A stretch of 64,000 bases of DNA. It comes from Balanoglossus misakiensis. Lineage: Eukaryota; Animalia; Hemichordata. The notes under the pieces were generated by a model. It was given only the letters and a program-made list of their open reading frames with translations. It was not told the DNA's origin and did no database searches. Shown here in pieces: positions 51,485-64,000 of this stretch. The position numbers were made by a program, and so were the translations under genes. The DNA lies in contig CM082583.2 of assembly GCA_040954595.2 (NCBI GenBank), positions 3,729,060 to 3,793,059 of the forward strand. Reading direction: 5' to 3'. The stretch's first letter is position 1. Every line of letters begins with the position of its first letter.

Positions 51485-54400
51485 ATGGCTGACGAAATCA
51501 GTCCCCACATGAACATCGGTAATGTTCCCTATGCTGTTCTTATGGAGATACATTCACTGCTAGATGCCGGTGGCCCACAGAATAACTGGAGAACTCTAAT
51601 TGCAGCTATCCCAGATAATCCATACAAGTAAGTTGTACCATCATTGAAGGCAGGGACATTGCTTGCCACTTTGCAGGAATGTCATCATATATGCTATTAA
51701 CTCAAGTCTTGAATCGTTGATGAGCTTGAGTGACACACTGCAGAGCATAAGGTATATACATGTACTACTTATGTTAAATTGCATACTTACACCATCAACA
51801 TCCATGTTTACTGCAGTTTTGCAGCCCCTCCGTCTCCCCTGGACGATTTTTGTTTTTGCGGGGAGAGGGCAAAAACAAAAATCGTCCAGGGGAGACGGAG
51901 GGGCTGCAAAACTGCAGTAACATCCACGTGTGACAGAAAAAGTTCTTGGTTCAATGAAGGTTTACTGGACTAGTCATCTAGGAAACTGGTCCATGCTGGA
52001 CTGCAAAATGACATACATTTCTCATTCATAGGTGTATGGCACTCTGCATATTGTCATATATAATTTAAACTTTTTTTTCAATAAAAGACATGCAGTGTGC
52101 ACTGTTGCATTTGGAGTCAAAGCACATTTTGAAGTATGGAAAATGTAGAGGCTAATTGATTAATATAAATAAATGGCTATGATAATTAAGAAACAGAAAA
52201 TGTACGGAATTAATCTGACATGTCGGACCAGACAGATATTATGATAAATACAAGAAGTCATGTAAATGTATAAAATGTACATCAGTCTGTGACCAGGTTG
52301 GTCAAAAACAGTAAGATGAATCTTGTTGTTGTCTTGAAAAAAGAACAACTTGGTACAGGAACAAGGAAAGAATAGTGAGAGTTTAAATGAAGTGAATAGT
52401 TTCCTCAACTTTGCAGAGCCATGAGATGATTTATTGTTTATTAAACCATCACAATGTGAGAGTCAAAATCCACTGACATTTTGTTTGTAGAATGATTGAG
52501 AATGATTTAAATAAGTTATCTGTAGGACTGAAACCAGGAAGTTAAATGCCCCTTAAAGTTAGCCATTAAAAATATATTTGCATATCTTTTGACAACTTCC
52601 ACAGCCCTAGGAAAGTCCCATGAAGTCACTTGAATACCTGAAAGGGTTGTGCAGATTACTGATTATACAACTGAACCTTTGACATTTGTTTTTGTGATTA
52701 TACTTTTAATGGAATTGCACTGCTCCTTAAGAATCCCCATACATACTATTTTTTCCTGTTGTGAAAAACTTGCCAAAACATCTAGCCAGTATTTAATTTT
52801 TTTTAAATGAATGAAATAATTCTGTCATTTTCAAACCACTGAACTCTAAATACATGAATAGAACTTGACAACACTTATCAACACATATGTTCAAACTAAT
52901 ACCACTTATATTATGGTTAGGGAGTATTTTTAGGGTGGGTACTGTAGGGGGCTTAGGTGTGGAGAGCAAGTGGATTGTGTGTACAAGTATCTGTACAACA
53001 GATGTGTAGATGTGATTTGGTGTGAGGATGTGAACTTATCGACATGAAAGTGTGAATCAATATGAATCCCTCAAAAAAATGGGGTAAGACATTTCACCCT
53101 ATGGGAAGCTGAATTGGGAGGGAGTAAAACACATGTTTTGTGAGGAATCTTTGGGGGAGAGCAATAGTGGTGGAATTGCTGGAATAGCTGTTGTGTCAAT
53201 ACCCTGTATGTGTCCAGAAAGTAGTTTTCACACAAGTCTTGATTTTACTTATTCTTTAAAGGTATACAGTCACCTCCAATTTACATATGCCCATATATGG
53301 CTGAAATGGCGTATTTGAGGGTTCTAAAGAACACATGGTGGCACTCTTTTTTTGCGTGTGCCACCCACTGAAAATCTGTGATTGGCTAGATCTCAATTTG
53401 CCATGGTAACTGTAGCTAATTTTCCATGGGTGACCGTATGCCTTTAAGGACACTGTTATGGGAAACACCCTTTTTAGTCGGCACAGCAAGTTGGCCAGTT
53501 AGGCCTTACCCATCAGCCAATTTGTTAACTAATTACCAAGACACGCGTCTATTTCAAGGTGAAACTCAATACATTGGATCAGACACTCCGTCTCCATTAT
53601 TTTAGGGGATAATTGTGTAAACTATTCTTAAAATGAAACAGTTCTCGGTATTCATTTTTCAGGACAAGATTGGGTTAATTGTTCTCAGCGAACACTGATA
53701 AACTAACATATTAAATTCTTATTTATGGATTGAAAACTGGAATATTGATGTGTCCAGCGCTTCAGGATACTATATCATAATATATTAGTGAAGCAAGTTA
53801 CCATTTGAAGTTGTTCATTGATTTTTTTCTTGTTTGGTTTCAGAGATGTGTCAAATATTGAAAGTTTTGCAATGGAGTCCCTGAGACCTGGTGGAAGCCC
53901 AACATCCTCCTTGTTGCAGGATCTGGCCAACAGAGGGCGCACTGTTGGCCAATTGATCAGCTACTTGGAAACAATGAAGCATGAAAAGGCATTAAGGCTC
54001 CTGAAGAGAGAAGGTCAGATAGATCACTTCACTGAAAACTTTGAATCTATTAAGAGCCATTTCAAATGAGCATGAATGTATTGTAACAGGGGAGATGATG
54101 AAGATTTCTTACACTCCTAAGGACCTGGGATCATATTTCTCACACCAGTTGGGATTTTTGATAAGTGTGAGAAATATGATCCCAGGTCCTTGGTGTGTGG
54201 GATTATATTTCTCACACAGCCAAAAATTAGCCAAATTCATATTAGAAACATTGTATAATTGACTGTGGAACTGTCGTCTGGCACATTGTAGTTGCAGTCC
54301 GTTGTAGTTTCTGTCTGTGTAATACACGCCATTGGATAACATTTAGCGCACATTAATTGAGGAATGTTTTATCATCCAATCAGCGCTCGCGTCATATACA

Positions 54401-57400
54401 GCTTTCGGTTCAGTGAGAGAGTGGGATCGATTTGTTCTCACTCTCTGTCGGATCCCACACTCTCAGCATGCCAGGAGTGTGAGAATAATAGAATCTCAAC
54501 AATGTTCAGTACATTCTTTTCTTTATAAGTTAAAATGAGAATAGTTGATCCAATGTCAGGATCGTTACTATGCTCATCTCTATATAAACAGGTTTTTTAT
54601 CTAAATTAATTTCTTCAATAGTCAATTTGTCACAATGAGCTTGTCTTTTGATTTCTGTTTCTGTTTAGAACCCGTTAAAATCACCAGACAGCCTACATCA
54701 ACGTCTGTCATGGCTAATGATACACTGGTTTTAAAGTGTGAAGCACGCGGCTTCCCTTATCCCCGTTACCAGTGGTTTAAAACTGTCATTGAAGAAGTCA
54801 ATGGAAAAGCCCGTTATTGCACTGTGCTAATTGACAGCGGCACTGATAAAATTCTGAAGATACCATATGTGACTGAAGATCAAAATGGCAAGTACATCTG
54901 CCGTGTTCACAACAGGATCAGCTATCAAATGTCAGGCTGGGTGGATGTAAATGTCATTTCTAAACATGGTAAGTTAATTTCTTTGGCAAATATTATTGCC
55001 TTAATATCCAAAACACTTTCTATATTATGAATCTGTCTCTACCTGGGTAGTTTTATGTTCCCATAAGCCATATTAAATATGGCGAAGCAGCGTTCTCCCC
55101 AGGGTTTGAGGAAAGCATGGCGGCTAATTTGCATAACACTATAATCAATTGTTATGTTAATTAAGTGCTATTGTTTTCTCAAAATTAAAGAGTGGTGGCC
55201 ACCATGCTTTAATTGCTCTAGGGAGAACACTGGGTGGAGGATTATTAGTTTGGAGTAGAGAGCTTTTGAATATTGTGCGTCCATCAACGGTATAAACTTG
55301 AAAATGGAAGCTTGTATCATAGCGATGGTTGATGTGCAGATGTGATTTGGTGGCAGGATGTAAATATGTCGACATGAAAATGGGCATAGAAACCTCAAAA
55401 ATGGGAAAATACATTTCACCCTCTAGAAAGCTGAATTGGGAGAGAGTACATTGCGTGTTTTGTAAGGAATCTTTGGGGAGAGCTGGAATAGCTGTTTTGT
55501 CAAAAAAACCTAATTGCAAAGTCTAAATTTTCACCTCACTGTAAAAATCATGGGACATGTACCCATGTTTTATGAGTATGGTGCATGGGAACAGCTGCCT
55601 CAGTGATGACACAATGTAACATGTTTATATAGGCGTTAATTCATTACACCGGCTCAGGTCTGGTCAGCAAAACCATCTCAGATCTGAAATGTATGTTCTA
55701 CGACCACTTAAACTGTTTACACGTAATATGTTATGCCAGTATTTTGAGCTGAGACCTTTCAGACATTTTTCTATGGTCCCTGTGTTAATGCCTGGTCAAC
55801 CCCAACAAAATTTCAAAAAGCTAATAAATTGGCTTTCAATTCAGATCAACCCAAGATAGAGGTTCAGCCCAGAAGTCAGACTGTTGAAGAAGGATCGCCA
55901 ATAAAGCTAGTGTGTGCAGCTAGTGGATCACCTGCACCTACCTACCAGTGGTATCGCAATGAACAACATATTGAAAATGAAACTTCTCCAAAGTTATATG
56001 TAAGTATCGATCAAACCATTTAGTTTGTGTGTTGTACTGTGGTCACCATCTGTTTTTTCAAACAGTATAAATGATCAAGATTAGGATATGAATAAACAGG
56101 GGGGGGGGGGGGTGGAGTTTGCATGTATCACCAGAATTTGGACACCTGGGGTGTGACTCTATTTCTTTGATGCTGCCGACTAAAACGACACACTTTCGGG
56201 ATGGAGGTATTGAACGCCCTCAAATTAGACGACTGTACCTTACAGTGTATGGGTTTAGCTGCAACACGAACATACATTTTCATTTATAATGACTATTTCT
56301 TCACGTGTGCATCTGAATACACTACTAGGTCCTGCATGTTACTGTTAACCTGTGATATATTTGCCAAGTGATGCACCTCGGCTCAGGTGTGTTGATTGCT
56401 TTGATGCAATTGCTAGTTGGACTTCCTGCTGTCTGCTTTCAACCATTTTGTTGCATTCTTCCTTTCAGTGGGAAAAGGCTCTTTTGGCTGACGAGGCGAT
56501 TTATTGTTGTAAGATAAGCAATAAAAATGGAGAAGTTTGGACGCAGCCAGTGGAAGTCAGTGTCAGTAAGTTGCCATCATATTCCGTCATACACTGGTAC
56601 TCTGTAATTCTTTCTTTAAAGCAATTTGAACAAATATTAAATGGGTGCTGCACCCATTTAAACAGCCTCCATACAAAAAGAACACAACTATCATGGTATG
56701 TGTTGCCAAGAGATGAAACAACAACAAGCAAATTAAATGAAGGTTGCATTACCCATTTACTGTGGAATATGTTACTGTAAATAAATGTCTTGTTTTGAAT
56801 GCAGTATTTTCTTGTTCTCTTCAGTACCAAAAGGTCCACCACAGATAATGCGGCAACCTACAAGTGTAGATTGTGATGTTGGTGGTAAGGTCATATTTAA
56901 ATGTGAGGTCAGAGGGAAAGAACCACTGTACATTCAGTGGTTAAAAGATGGAAAGGAACTGAATGGTAAGTCTAAGGATCATATTCATTTCAAATAAATA
57001 CCACATAGTACAGTAGTTTAAAGAGCTGCAACTGGATAAAAAAATTTAAGCTTTAAATAATCCCGGATGCTATGTTTTTTCACAGGTGCAAACAATAGAA
57101 TATTATGTATCAATGAATGCCATCATGGTGACAGGGGAGAATATGTATGCCAAATCAAAAATATTAATGGAGATGTTGTGAGTTGGCCAGCCACATTAAC
57201 ATTTCGCGACAATTTCCATCCAGCTGTACATGAATATGGTACGTGAACCGACTCTTCATTTTTTGTTGAACTTGGGAGTGCTTATTGAAGGGGTTGTCGC
57301 GCCGCGTGGGTGTCCCCCCTTGATGAGAATATGTCCTCCCATACCACCCCTTTGCATTCACCACGAACCTACTAGGATCTTCAGTTGCTGTCATGCCCAG

Positions 57401-60400
57401 TCTACGCTACGGTTGGCTGCTTCGTTCATTCTAAGAATTATCATATTTGAGGGATTTGTGGATGAATTGTAATGTTTATAAACAAACAAACGTGGGCTTC
57501 ACTTTAAATGGACATGGTAATGATTCTGTTAAATTTTCTACATTACAGCTACAGACAAGGTTGCCTTGGTGATTGCAAATCAAGAATTTCGCAGTGAAGG
57601 ACCTCTGCATGCCCCTGCCAAAGATGCGTACACTTTAAAAGCAATTCTGTCAGAGAAGTGTGATTTCAAAGTTGTTGCACTCATAGATTTAACTTTGGAA
57701 GAAATGAAAACAGCTGTTGATGCGTTCTGTATGCTGTTAGGCTCTGGAGTCTATGGTAAGTTCTACTTACTTGTGATTTTTCAGTCTGTAGATTCCGTTT
57801 GTGAATATAATCTCACTTTCTGTCTGTCTGTCTGTCTATTTATTTATGTAGGTCTGTTCTACTTTGCCGGTCATGGCTTTGACCACAATGGCCAGAGTTA
57901 TCTGGTACCAGTAGATGCACCATCTGCCTATGGACCAGACCAGTGTCTGTGTGCACAGTATATCTTGGAGAGAATGCAAGCTCAAAACACTGGACTCAAC
58001 GTAATCCTACTGGACATCTGCAGAAATCAGTATGTCAGTTATAATACCTAACATTTCACACAGTTACAGTAGTACTTTGGTTGTCTGTATATACCTCCTA
58101 AAATGTGTGAACATTTGGGCCATCCCAAGAAGAAAAAGGGTCTTATGGGAGCGCGATACTTTTGACCATAAGACCCCTTTCTGCTTGGGATAGCATTTTA
58201 CAGGCCATGTACTGATTCGTTACAGTAGACCAAAACACCCAATAAAACCACTGTATAGATTATGTTTTGAATATTGTAATTTGTATTGCTAACTTAACTT
58301 AACAATGACAGTAATGGCTCACAATCTATCAGTATAAGTGCAAGGCTAATGTGCGCATCCTCACTATCAAAGTGCATGTGAAAGTGATTGCCCAAAGTGA
58401 GAATTGAGGGACATCAGGAACATATCAAATTCGGGCCCAGAAAGCAAAAAACAAAAGTCACTACTGTTTTTACGTGCTCTTTTGTTAATCACTTTCACGC
58501 CCACTTTGATTGTGAGGTCACCGCACTTTAGCCGGCGCTTATGTATTTTTGATACCCTGTAAATACCTTGTATAACACAAGTATTTTTGTCTCCTAGTTA
58601 CAAAAATTCATATGTACGTGGAACGGCTGTCCAAACTTATGAGCCTCCAGTCAGAGGCAATACAGTATTTGGATATGCATCGTAAGTAACGACAGTTTTA
58701 AAAAGTAATGTATAAAAAGCAGTAGGGCTGATTGCATTACAGTTGTGGGTAAAACGTATTAAAACCCCATGAGTTATCAAATTTCTCATATTTTTCCTAC
58801 AGTAAAATACTTCAAATCTTCTCCTTTAGAAACATCACCAATACATAGTTTCATTTTATCAGGTTTAGAAATGTACATCAGTAATTAGAATGCATACATT
58901 TGTAGCAGCCAGTAGTTTTTTCAGGAGATGTAGAATTCCCATTGTGGGGTTATAGAGCATCATTTCCAGAAAAGTGTAACACATACATATACTGAACTGG
59001 TTTGTGTATATGTACTATAGAAGCTTCACTACTGGAGCATTTGAAGTGAATGGTGCAGAAAATGGCATCTTCATGAAATATTTGAAGAAGCATGTGGCAA
59101 ATGATGAGAAAGTGACAGTCATGTTGGATAGAGTCATTGCTGGTGAGTAGTTTTCAATGACATTGGTCAGGAATTTCTTTTACATTGAATGTAAAACACA
59201 AACTGATTAAATTCAGACATCTCTCATGTCTTATAAATTGAGGATGTACAATCTGTAAACTTGAAAGTATGTCATTTTATTGTGGATTTTGGGATTCTCC
59301 TTTGTAAGTATAAAAGAAATACATTATAAAATTTTGGGACCAACATGCTTGCTTTTGAAATTCACGGCTGTGAATTTAGTCGATAATGAAAAAACCTGCA
59401 AGAAAAAGCCAAATCAACATTTATTCACCATTGTTTTGGTCGTAGTACATGTATGAAATGATGCAAAAATGAAACATACTTAGTAGTTCCTGCTGCTTAT
59501 ATTCATATTGGCTGGAACTGACACATGGATGATCATAATCCCCAACTTTGACTTGTAGAACAAAATACACTTCAGTTGTCCTTGCCTCTTTTAGATCTTT
59601 CAGATGACCTTGATGCGAGAGGCAGACAGTTTCCAGAGATAAGGTCCAATTTAAGGGAATATCGAACATTACTAGATCCCATCAACTTCACTGGTCGCAC
59701 TCAGGAATTCTCCAAACGTCAAGAGAACTGGGCAGCTGTGAATAGTAAGCTCAATTATTTTTGTATTCTGTAGACCCATGCATGCATGCACCGACAATTG
59801 TATGTCACTGCATCCAGGATATTTTGCCATAATTGTGTATCTGCATAATTCATTGCCTGTTGATGCCTGAAATGCAAGAGTCTCTGCTAAGTTTCTTAGT
59901 ATTTCTTCCCCAAACCCTGTGCTATTAAAGGTATATGGTCACCTATGGAAAATTAGCTGTATAATATATAGTTACCATGGCAAAATGAGATCTAGCCAAT
60001 CACAGATTTTCAGTGGGTGGCACACGCAAAAAAAAGAGCGCCACCATGTGTTCTTTAGAACGCTCAAATACTCCATTTCAGCCATATATGGGCGTATGTA
60101 AATTGGAGTGACTGTATTGTAAAACCGTAATTAAATGTCTTTACAAAGGGTTCATAACCTGCTGGATTATGGCCCGGAAAATTCCTGTTTTTCTACCAAT
60201 GCTGCAACAAAAAAATATCAAAAATCTGTAAATTGAGTGATCATGGTTCCATCAAGACTAAACAATGACATCTGAGCTTCATTATACCTATTGTGATGCA
60301 GCATAAATTCATATACATAAAGAAAAAGCTTCTTTACACAATTCAGTAATTGACAGAAAAACAGGAAATTTTCACTCAGAACTTGACATTGTGTAGTACT

Positions 60401-62327
60401 GTACTAGTATAATTTTGGAAACTGTTTGCCTTGATTTCCCTCTTCAGGGCTTCCAATGGAGAGTCCAATCTATGTCAAGACGTGTCTCAAACTTGCCACT
60501 GAGCAAATTACCATCATTGTCAAGATTTCCTTCTTTGCTGAATGCTCCAATGTATTGTGCATTGATATACAAGTGGAAGATCCAGGTCCCACATCACGCT
60601 GTACTGCCAAGATTCAAGACTTTCCACCAGTAAGTTGAATTCTGACCATTTGCTTGCAGCAAAGTCGGAATACATGTGTGCGTATATACTATATCCACTG
60701 TCAGTGAAGTGGAGCAGATCAGAGTATCTGTCTATCTCTCATCTGTCCATGGTTGACTTAATTAATTCTTCTCAGAAACCACCCTTCATATGGCTGTTGT
60801 GTGTTATATACTTTTTGTCAGATTGTTAAAATTGCGGCTAAATGTGCAATATTGTATTTTGTAGCAAATTTGTCATTTCTGCATTTTTTCTTCTGACATA
60901 TCATATTTGACTATTTGACACTTTATTATTTGTAGGAGTTAGATGTAAACATCAAGTACATGAACAAACAACACAGGAATACTGTTTGTGTAAGTGGGAA
61001 AATTTCATATACATTTGTACTTCTAACTCTGCATGAGCTCCTTACAGAAATCGTTGACTTTGTGGGCGATTCATAATCTTTTGCTTCAATGGCCATGGCA
61101 CTGCGTTCTTTCAATGGGATTTTTTTTAATTCATTTATTGCCTGAGAATTGTGATGTAATGGCATGCAGCCCTATTCAGAATCAGAGCTATGATTTCTTA
61201 TGTAGAAAACTGTAAACCGGGAAATTTTCGTGATATCAAAAGAAGCAACTGTTCACTAACTGCATCATTATAATAAGTCATGCTGTTTGCAGATTGGAAA
61301 AGTTTTTGTTCTTATTTCGGTAACAAATTTCAAGTGCACAGATAATTTGCATAACATCTTAATTTTTTCACAGGAACCAAGACATGCTCACCAGGCTCAT
61401 CAGTCTGAAAATGATGTCCTCAGATCAAGAGTGAAAAACATACAGAAATTACATGTAAGTTCTTTATTTGCTTTCAAAGAGAGATTAAATATTTACAACA
61501 TACATAGATCCACTGATTTTGATTTTACAAAAGTAAATTATGGTGGTATTATTTCTATGGTAAAATTTGAAACTTGTGTCAAATTGAAGAGGGCTATGAT
61601 ATGCAGTCCTACTTGTGTCTGAGATAACCACAATGGTGTGTTCAAGCCATTGACCATTCTCTGGCCATTTTACATATGAGATATTTATTGAACGTTGAAT
61701 GGTTTTGTCGTGGTTTCATTTCTGCGTGAAAATTTTGGATGTTATTGATGGTAGAACGAATTGTTACAATTGTGAAAGTTCTGCTGCAGAATACACCCCA
61801 TCACTGGTGAAACTAGTTTCTGTGACAAAAGTTCTGTTTAAAATCACACACCTGTGTTAGTACCGTGCACATCTGTGTCTATACACACAAAGCAACATAA
61901 AAGCATGTCAAATAACATGATCTAGTCACATCAGTGACCATTGTATTAAGTCAATCTAATCTACTCTGACTATTGGTGAGTTGCATATCTAACAGACAGT
62001 GGATGGAAAAACATTGTACAGAAATAATTTTATTCTGGTAAAATGCTGTTTTCTAACGGAATATTTCCATTGTTGCTTACTGTTTCTGGGCTTCATTTTA
62101 GTGCCAGTGTCTTCAACTCTCATGTAGTAGTTCAGCTGTACTTTTATTCTTTTATATTTCTCATTATTTTTGTTTCTTTTCAGGGACCATTGAATCTGTC
62201 CATAGTTCTTGACGTGACGTACAAAGGCAATGTCTTCAAAGCCAAACATCGTCTGGATCTTCCAGAGCCACTGATCGCCCGATCGGAAATATTCAAAAGG
62301 CGGCCAGTGGAACACAGTTATCCATAA
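51485..62327 (+). CDS. MALT1: MALT1-type (type 1) paracaspase: death domain, 3 Ig, caspase-like domain, C-terminal Ig
   Basis: Exons 51485-51627, 53844-54013 (DD; GGSPTSSLL), 54669-54968 (Ig), 55845-55999 + 56469-56565 (Ig), 56825-56965 + 57086-57238 (Ig), 57549-57755 (ATDKVALVIAN), 57852-58029 (YFAGHG and LLDICR catalytic His/Cys), 58598-58681, 59021-59142, 59595-59744, 60448-60629, 60936-60989, 61374-61454, 62184-62327. Confidence 0.93.
51808..51920. repeat. Perfect 52-bp-arm palindrome (hairpin MITE)
   Basis: ttactgcagttttgcagcccctccgtctcccctggacgatttttgtttttgc, 9-nt loop, then the exact reverse complement. Confidence 0.93.
53001..53199 (+). repeat. Repeat family E copy 1 (copy 2 at about 55331-55503)
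   Basis: Shared gatgtg.agatgtgatttggtg...acatttcaccct...aagctgaattgggag...aggaatctttgggg...gctggaatagctgtt. Confidence 0.75.
53260..53443 (+). mobile_element. MITE family A, full-length copy, TTAA TSD (Kolobok-like)
   Basis: ttaa|aggtatacagtcacc ... ggtgaccgtatgcct|ttaa; other copies at about 39275-39441, 59929-60117 (inverted) and a decayed one near 4630-4700. Confidence 0.88.
54106..54486. mobile_element. MITE-like element with nested inverted repeats
   Basis: ttcttacactcct ... aggagtgtgagaa termini; internal aaggacctgggatcatatttctcacac / gtgtgagaaatatgatcccaggtcctt inverted pair. Confidence 0.55.
55632..55792 (+). repeat. Repeat family C copy 2
   Basis: Similar to 9706-9850; short termini ggcgttaa / ttaatgcc. 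Confidence 0.7.
58122..58191. repeat. Short hairpin element
   Basis: atcccaagaagaaaaagggtcttatgg ... ccataagacccctttctgcttgggat. Confidence 0.7.
59929..60117 (-). mobile_element. MITE family A, inverted copy
   Basis: Reverse complement closely matches 53260-53443; TTAA at 59925-59928. Confidence 0.88.
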
Positions 62328-62474
62328 CACTGATTTGGCACATCTCTGAGTTGATAATGTCATCCATGCTTGAAGAAGTCTTCCAAGATAAAAAAAACCC
62401 CACTTAGCTTAGGTTGATTTTGATAAGAACAAGAACACAAGTTTACTCAACCAAGTAATAATCCGTAATAGACA

Positions 62475-62681
62475 CGAGAATGAAAAACTCGCCTAATTGG
62501 TGTTTACCATTTATTCATTTTGGCAAGATTTTTACTCTCATACCCTACAAACAGGATGGAAGTTGTGTGTGGTTAAACGTTGATTCACTATATATCCACA
62601 TGTAGAGTACAGTAACATAAATGGTGTCTTGTAGCAAACATATTTCATGGAAAAAGGGGCAGCGAGAGAGACTTTGTCCCT
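62475..62681 (+). mobile_element. MITE family B half-copy downstream of the MALT1 stop (probable 3' UTR)
   Basis: Matches the right half of 37960-38310; ends gagagactttgtccct|ttaa. Confidence 0.8.
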
Positions 62682-64000
62682 TTAATGGTGGTTTTAAAAA
62701 CATGACAGTTAGGCTGAAAAATGTTAAAACGTGTTGAAATTTTAAAGGGACAAAGTCGCTAACTTTTAACATTATTGTAGTTATTTTTATTTCTTGTGTT
62801 TGGATATTTATGTTATTCTGATCACTGAAACATGCTAAATAACTATTTGGTACAACTTAACCCACTTCCTGAACGTGAGTATAACATGAGAATTTGTGTG
62901 CAGTATTATTTTTGGTACTGACCATAAATTATGTGATGGAAGTATTTACATGTAATTAATGTCCATGCATGTATGTGTTTTGAAGGGGAGTCACAATGAC
63001 AGGTCATTGCACATTTTTCAGTAAATAGAACATAAATAGCCCATGGAATGAAAGAAAAAATAGCCAAACTGATATCAAAAGTTACTGATTTTGTCCCTTT
63101 AGTAAGTGTTTGTAGACTGATGTATTGGTGAGATTAGTTGAAAGTAGTGCTTGAACAAATAGAACAGAAATGCTCAGCTACTGAAATCAGGCATAAAACC
63201 TCATAATCATGTCTTTCTACCCCAAAAAGAGGTGGCCATGGGCCTCTTGAAATGTTACAATCCAGATGTACAAGGCAAACACACACATAAACATACAAAG
63301 TAAAGCAGAACTTAATTTGTTTTTTAATGCTATTATGTTTAGTGAGATTCATTTCAGTCACATACATGTACAATCATGAGTGTTGTGTGGACATGTGCAT
63401 AAGACTGAAGGATCCATCTCTTGAAAGCCATTGCATCTTCAGAACACACTTGCCTCATAGCAGACAGTCAAGGGACTTGACAGGTGGCCGTTATACACAG
63501 GTCAATTATTAATGCACATGTAAATTGCACAGGACTGTATAAAAGTGGCCACTAACACATTGTCGACTGTAGTTTAAGAGTGTGCATTCGAAAATTATTG
63601 ACTTGATATGATGCTATTGAGCAATATATTGTCATTATTGCAAAGTATACAGATTTTAAAAAAAAATGATATACACTGTAATAAGAAAAGTTGCGAGTGT
63701 TCTTTTCAAAGAACCCAGTGTTAATCTTATAGTCATTCACATAGATAAACCTCCTTTATATCATATTTACTTAAATAAAACATTTACATGAAAGTCATTG
63801 TGATTGTGTGATACAGAGTCAACAAATGTTGAATGGTATATTCCTCATTCTGTGTCGGAGCAAATTTGTTATTTTCCTTATGTTGGCCTACAGTATGTAA
63901 TTGATTATTTGAAGAAAGTTTCAATTTGTTAAATAATCCAGAAATATTTTATGAAATTATAATTGTATTAAAACCAGTGACTGATTTTTTTAGCAAAATA

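Overview
AT-rich, intron-rich eukaryotic (invertebrate metazoan, probably a non-vertebrate deuterostome; this is inference) genomic DNA. Almost all ORFs in the supplied track are spurious or exon fragments. Manual splicing gives six genes: (1) a secreted SUEL/rhamnose-binding lectin (minus strand, runs off the left edge); (2) CATSPER2 sperm Ca2+ channel subunit (+, 12 coding exons, one probable U12-type intron); (3) KATNAL2 katanin p60-like AAA ATPase (-); (4) a PIAS SUMO E3 ligase (+), head-to-head with KATNAL2, with two alternative C-termini and a GC-AG intron; (5) a divergent PRR19-like meiotic crossover protein (+); (6) a MALT1-type paracaspase (+) with three N-terminal Ig domains and a terminal TRAF6-binding-like motif. 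Introns and UTRs carry many short non-autonomous elements (TTAA-targeting Kolobok-like and piggyBac-like MITEs, an 81-bp hairpin with a 10-bp TSD, a tRNA/CORE-SINE, a LINE 3' remnant), a perfect 177-bp tandem duplication and microsatellites. No rRNA, true tRNA, CRISPR or prokaryotic system was seen. Comparisons with human proteins and gene order are from memory and need confirming by search.
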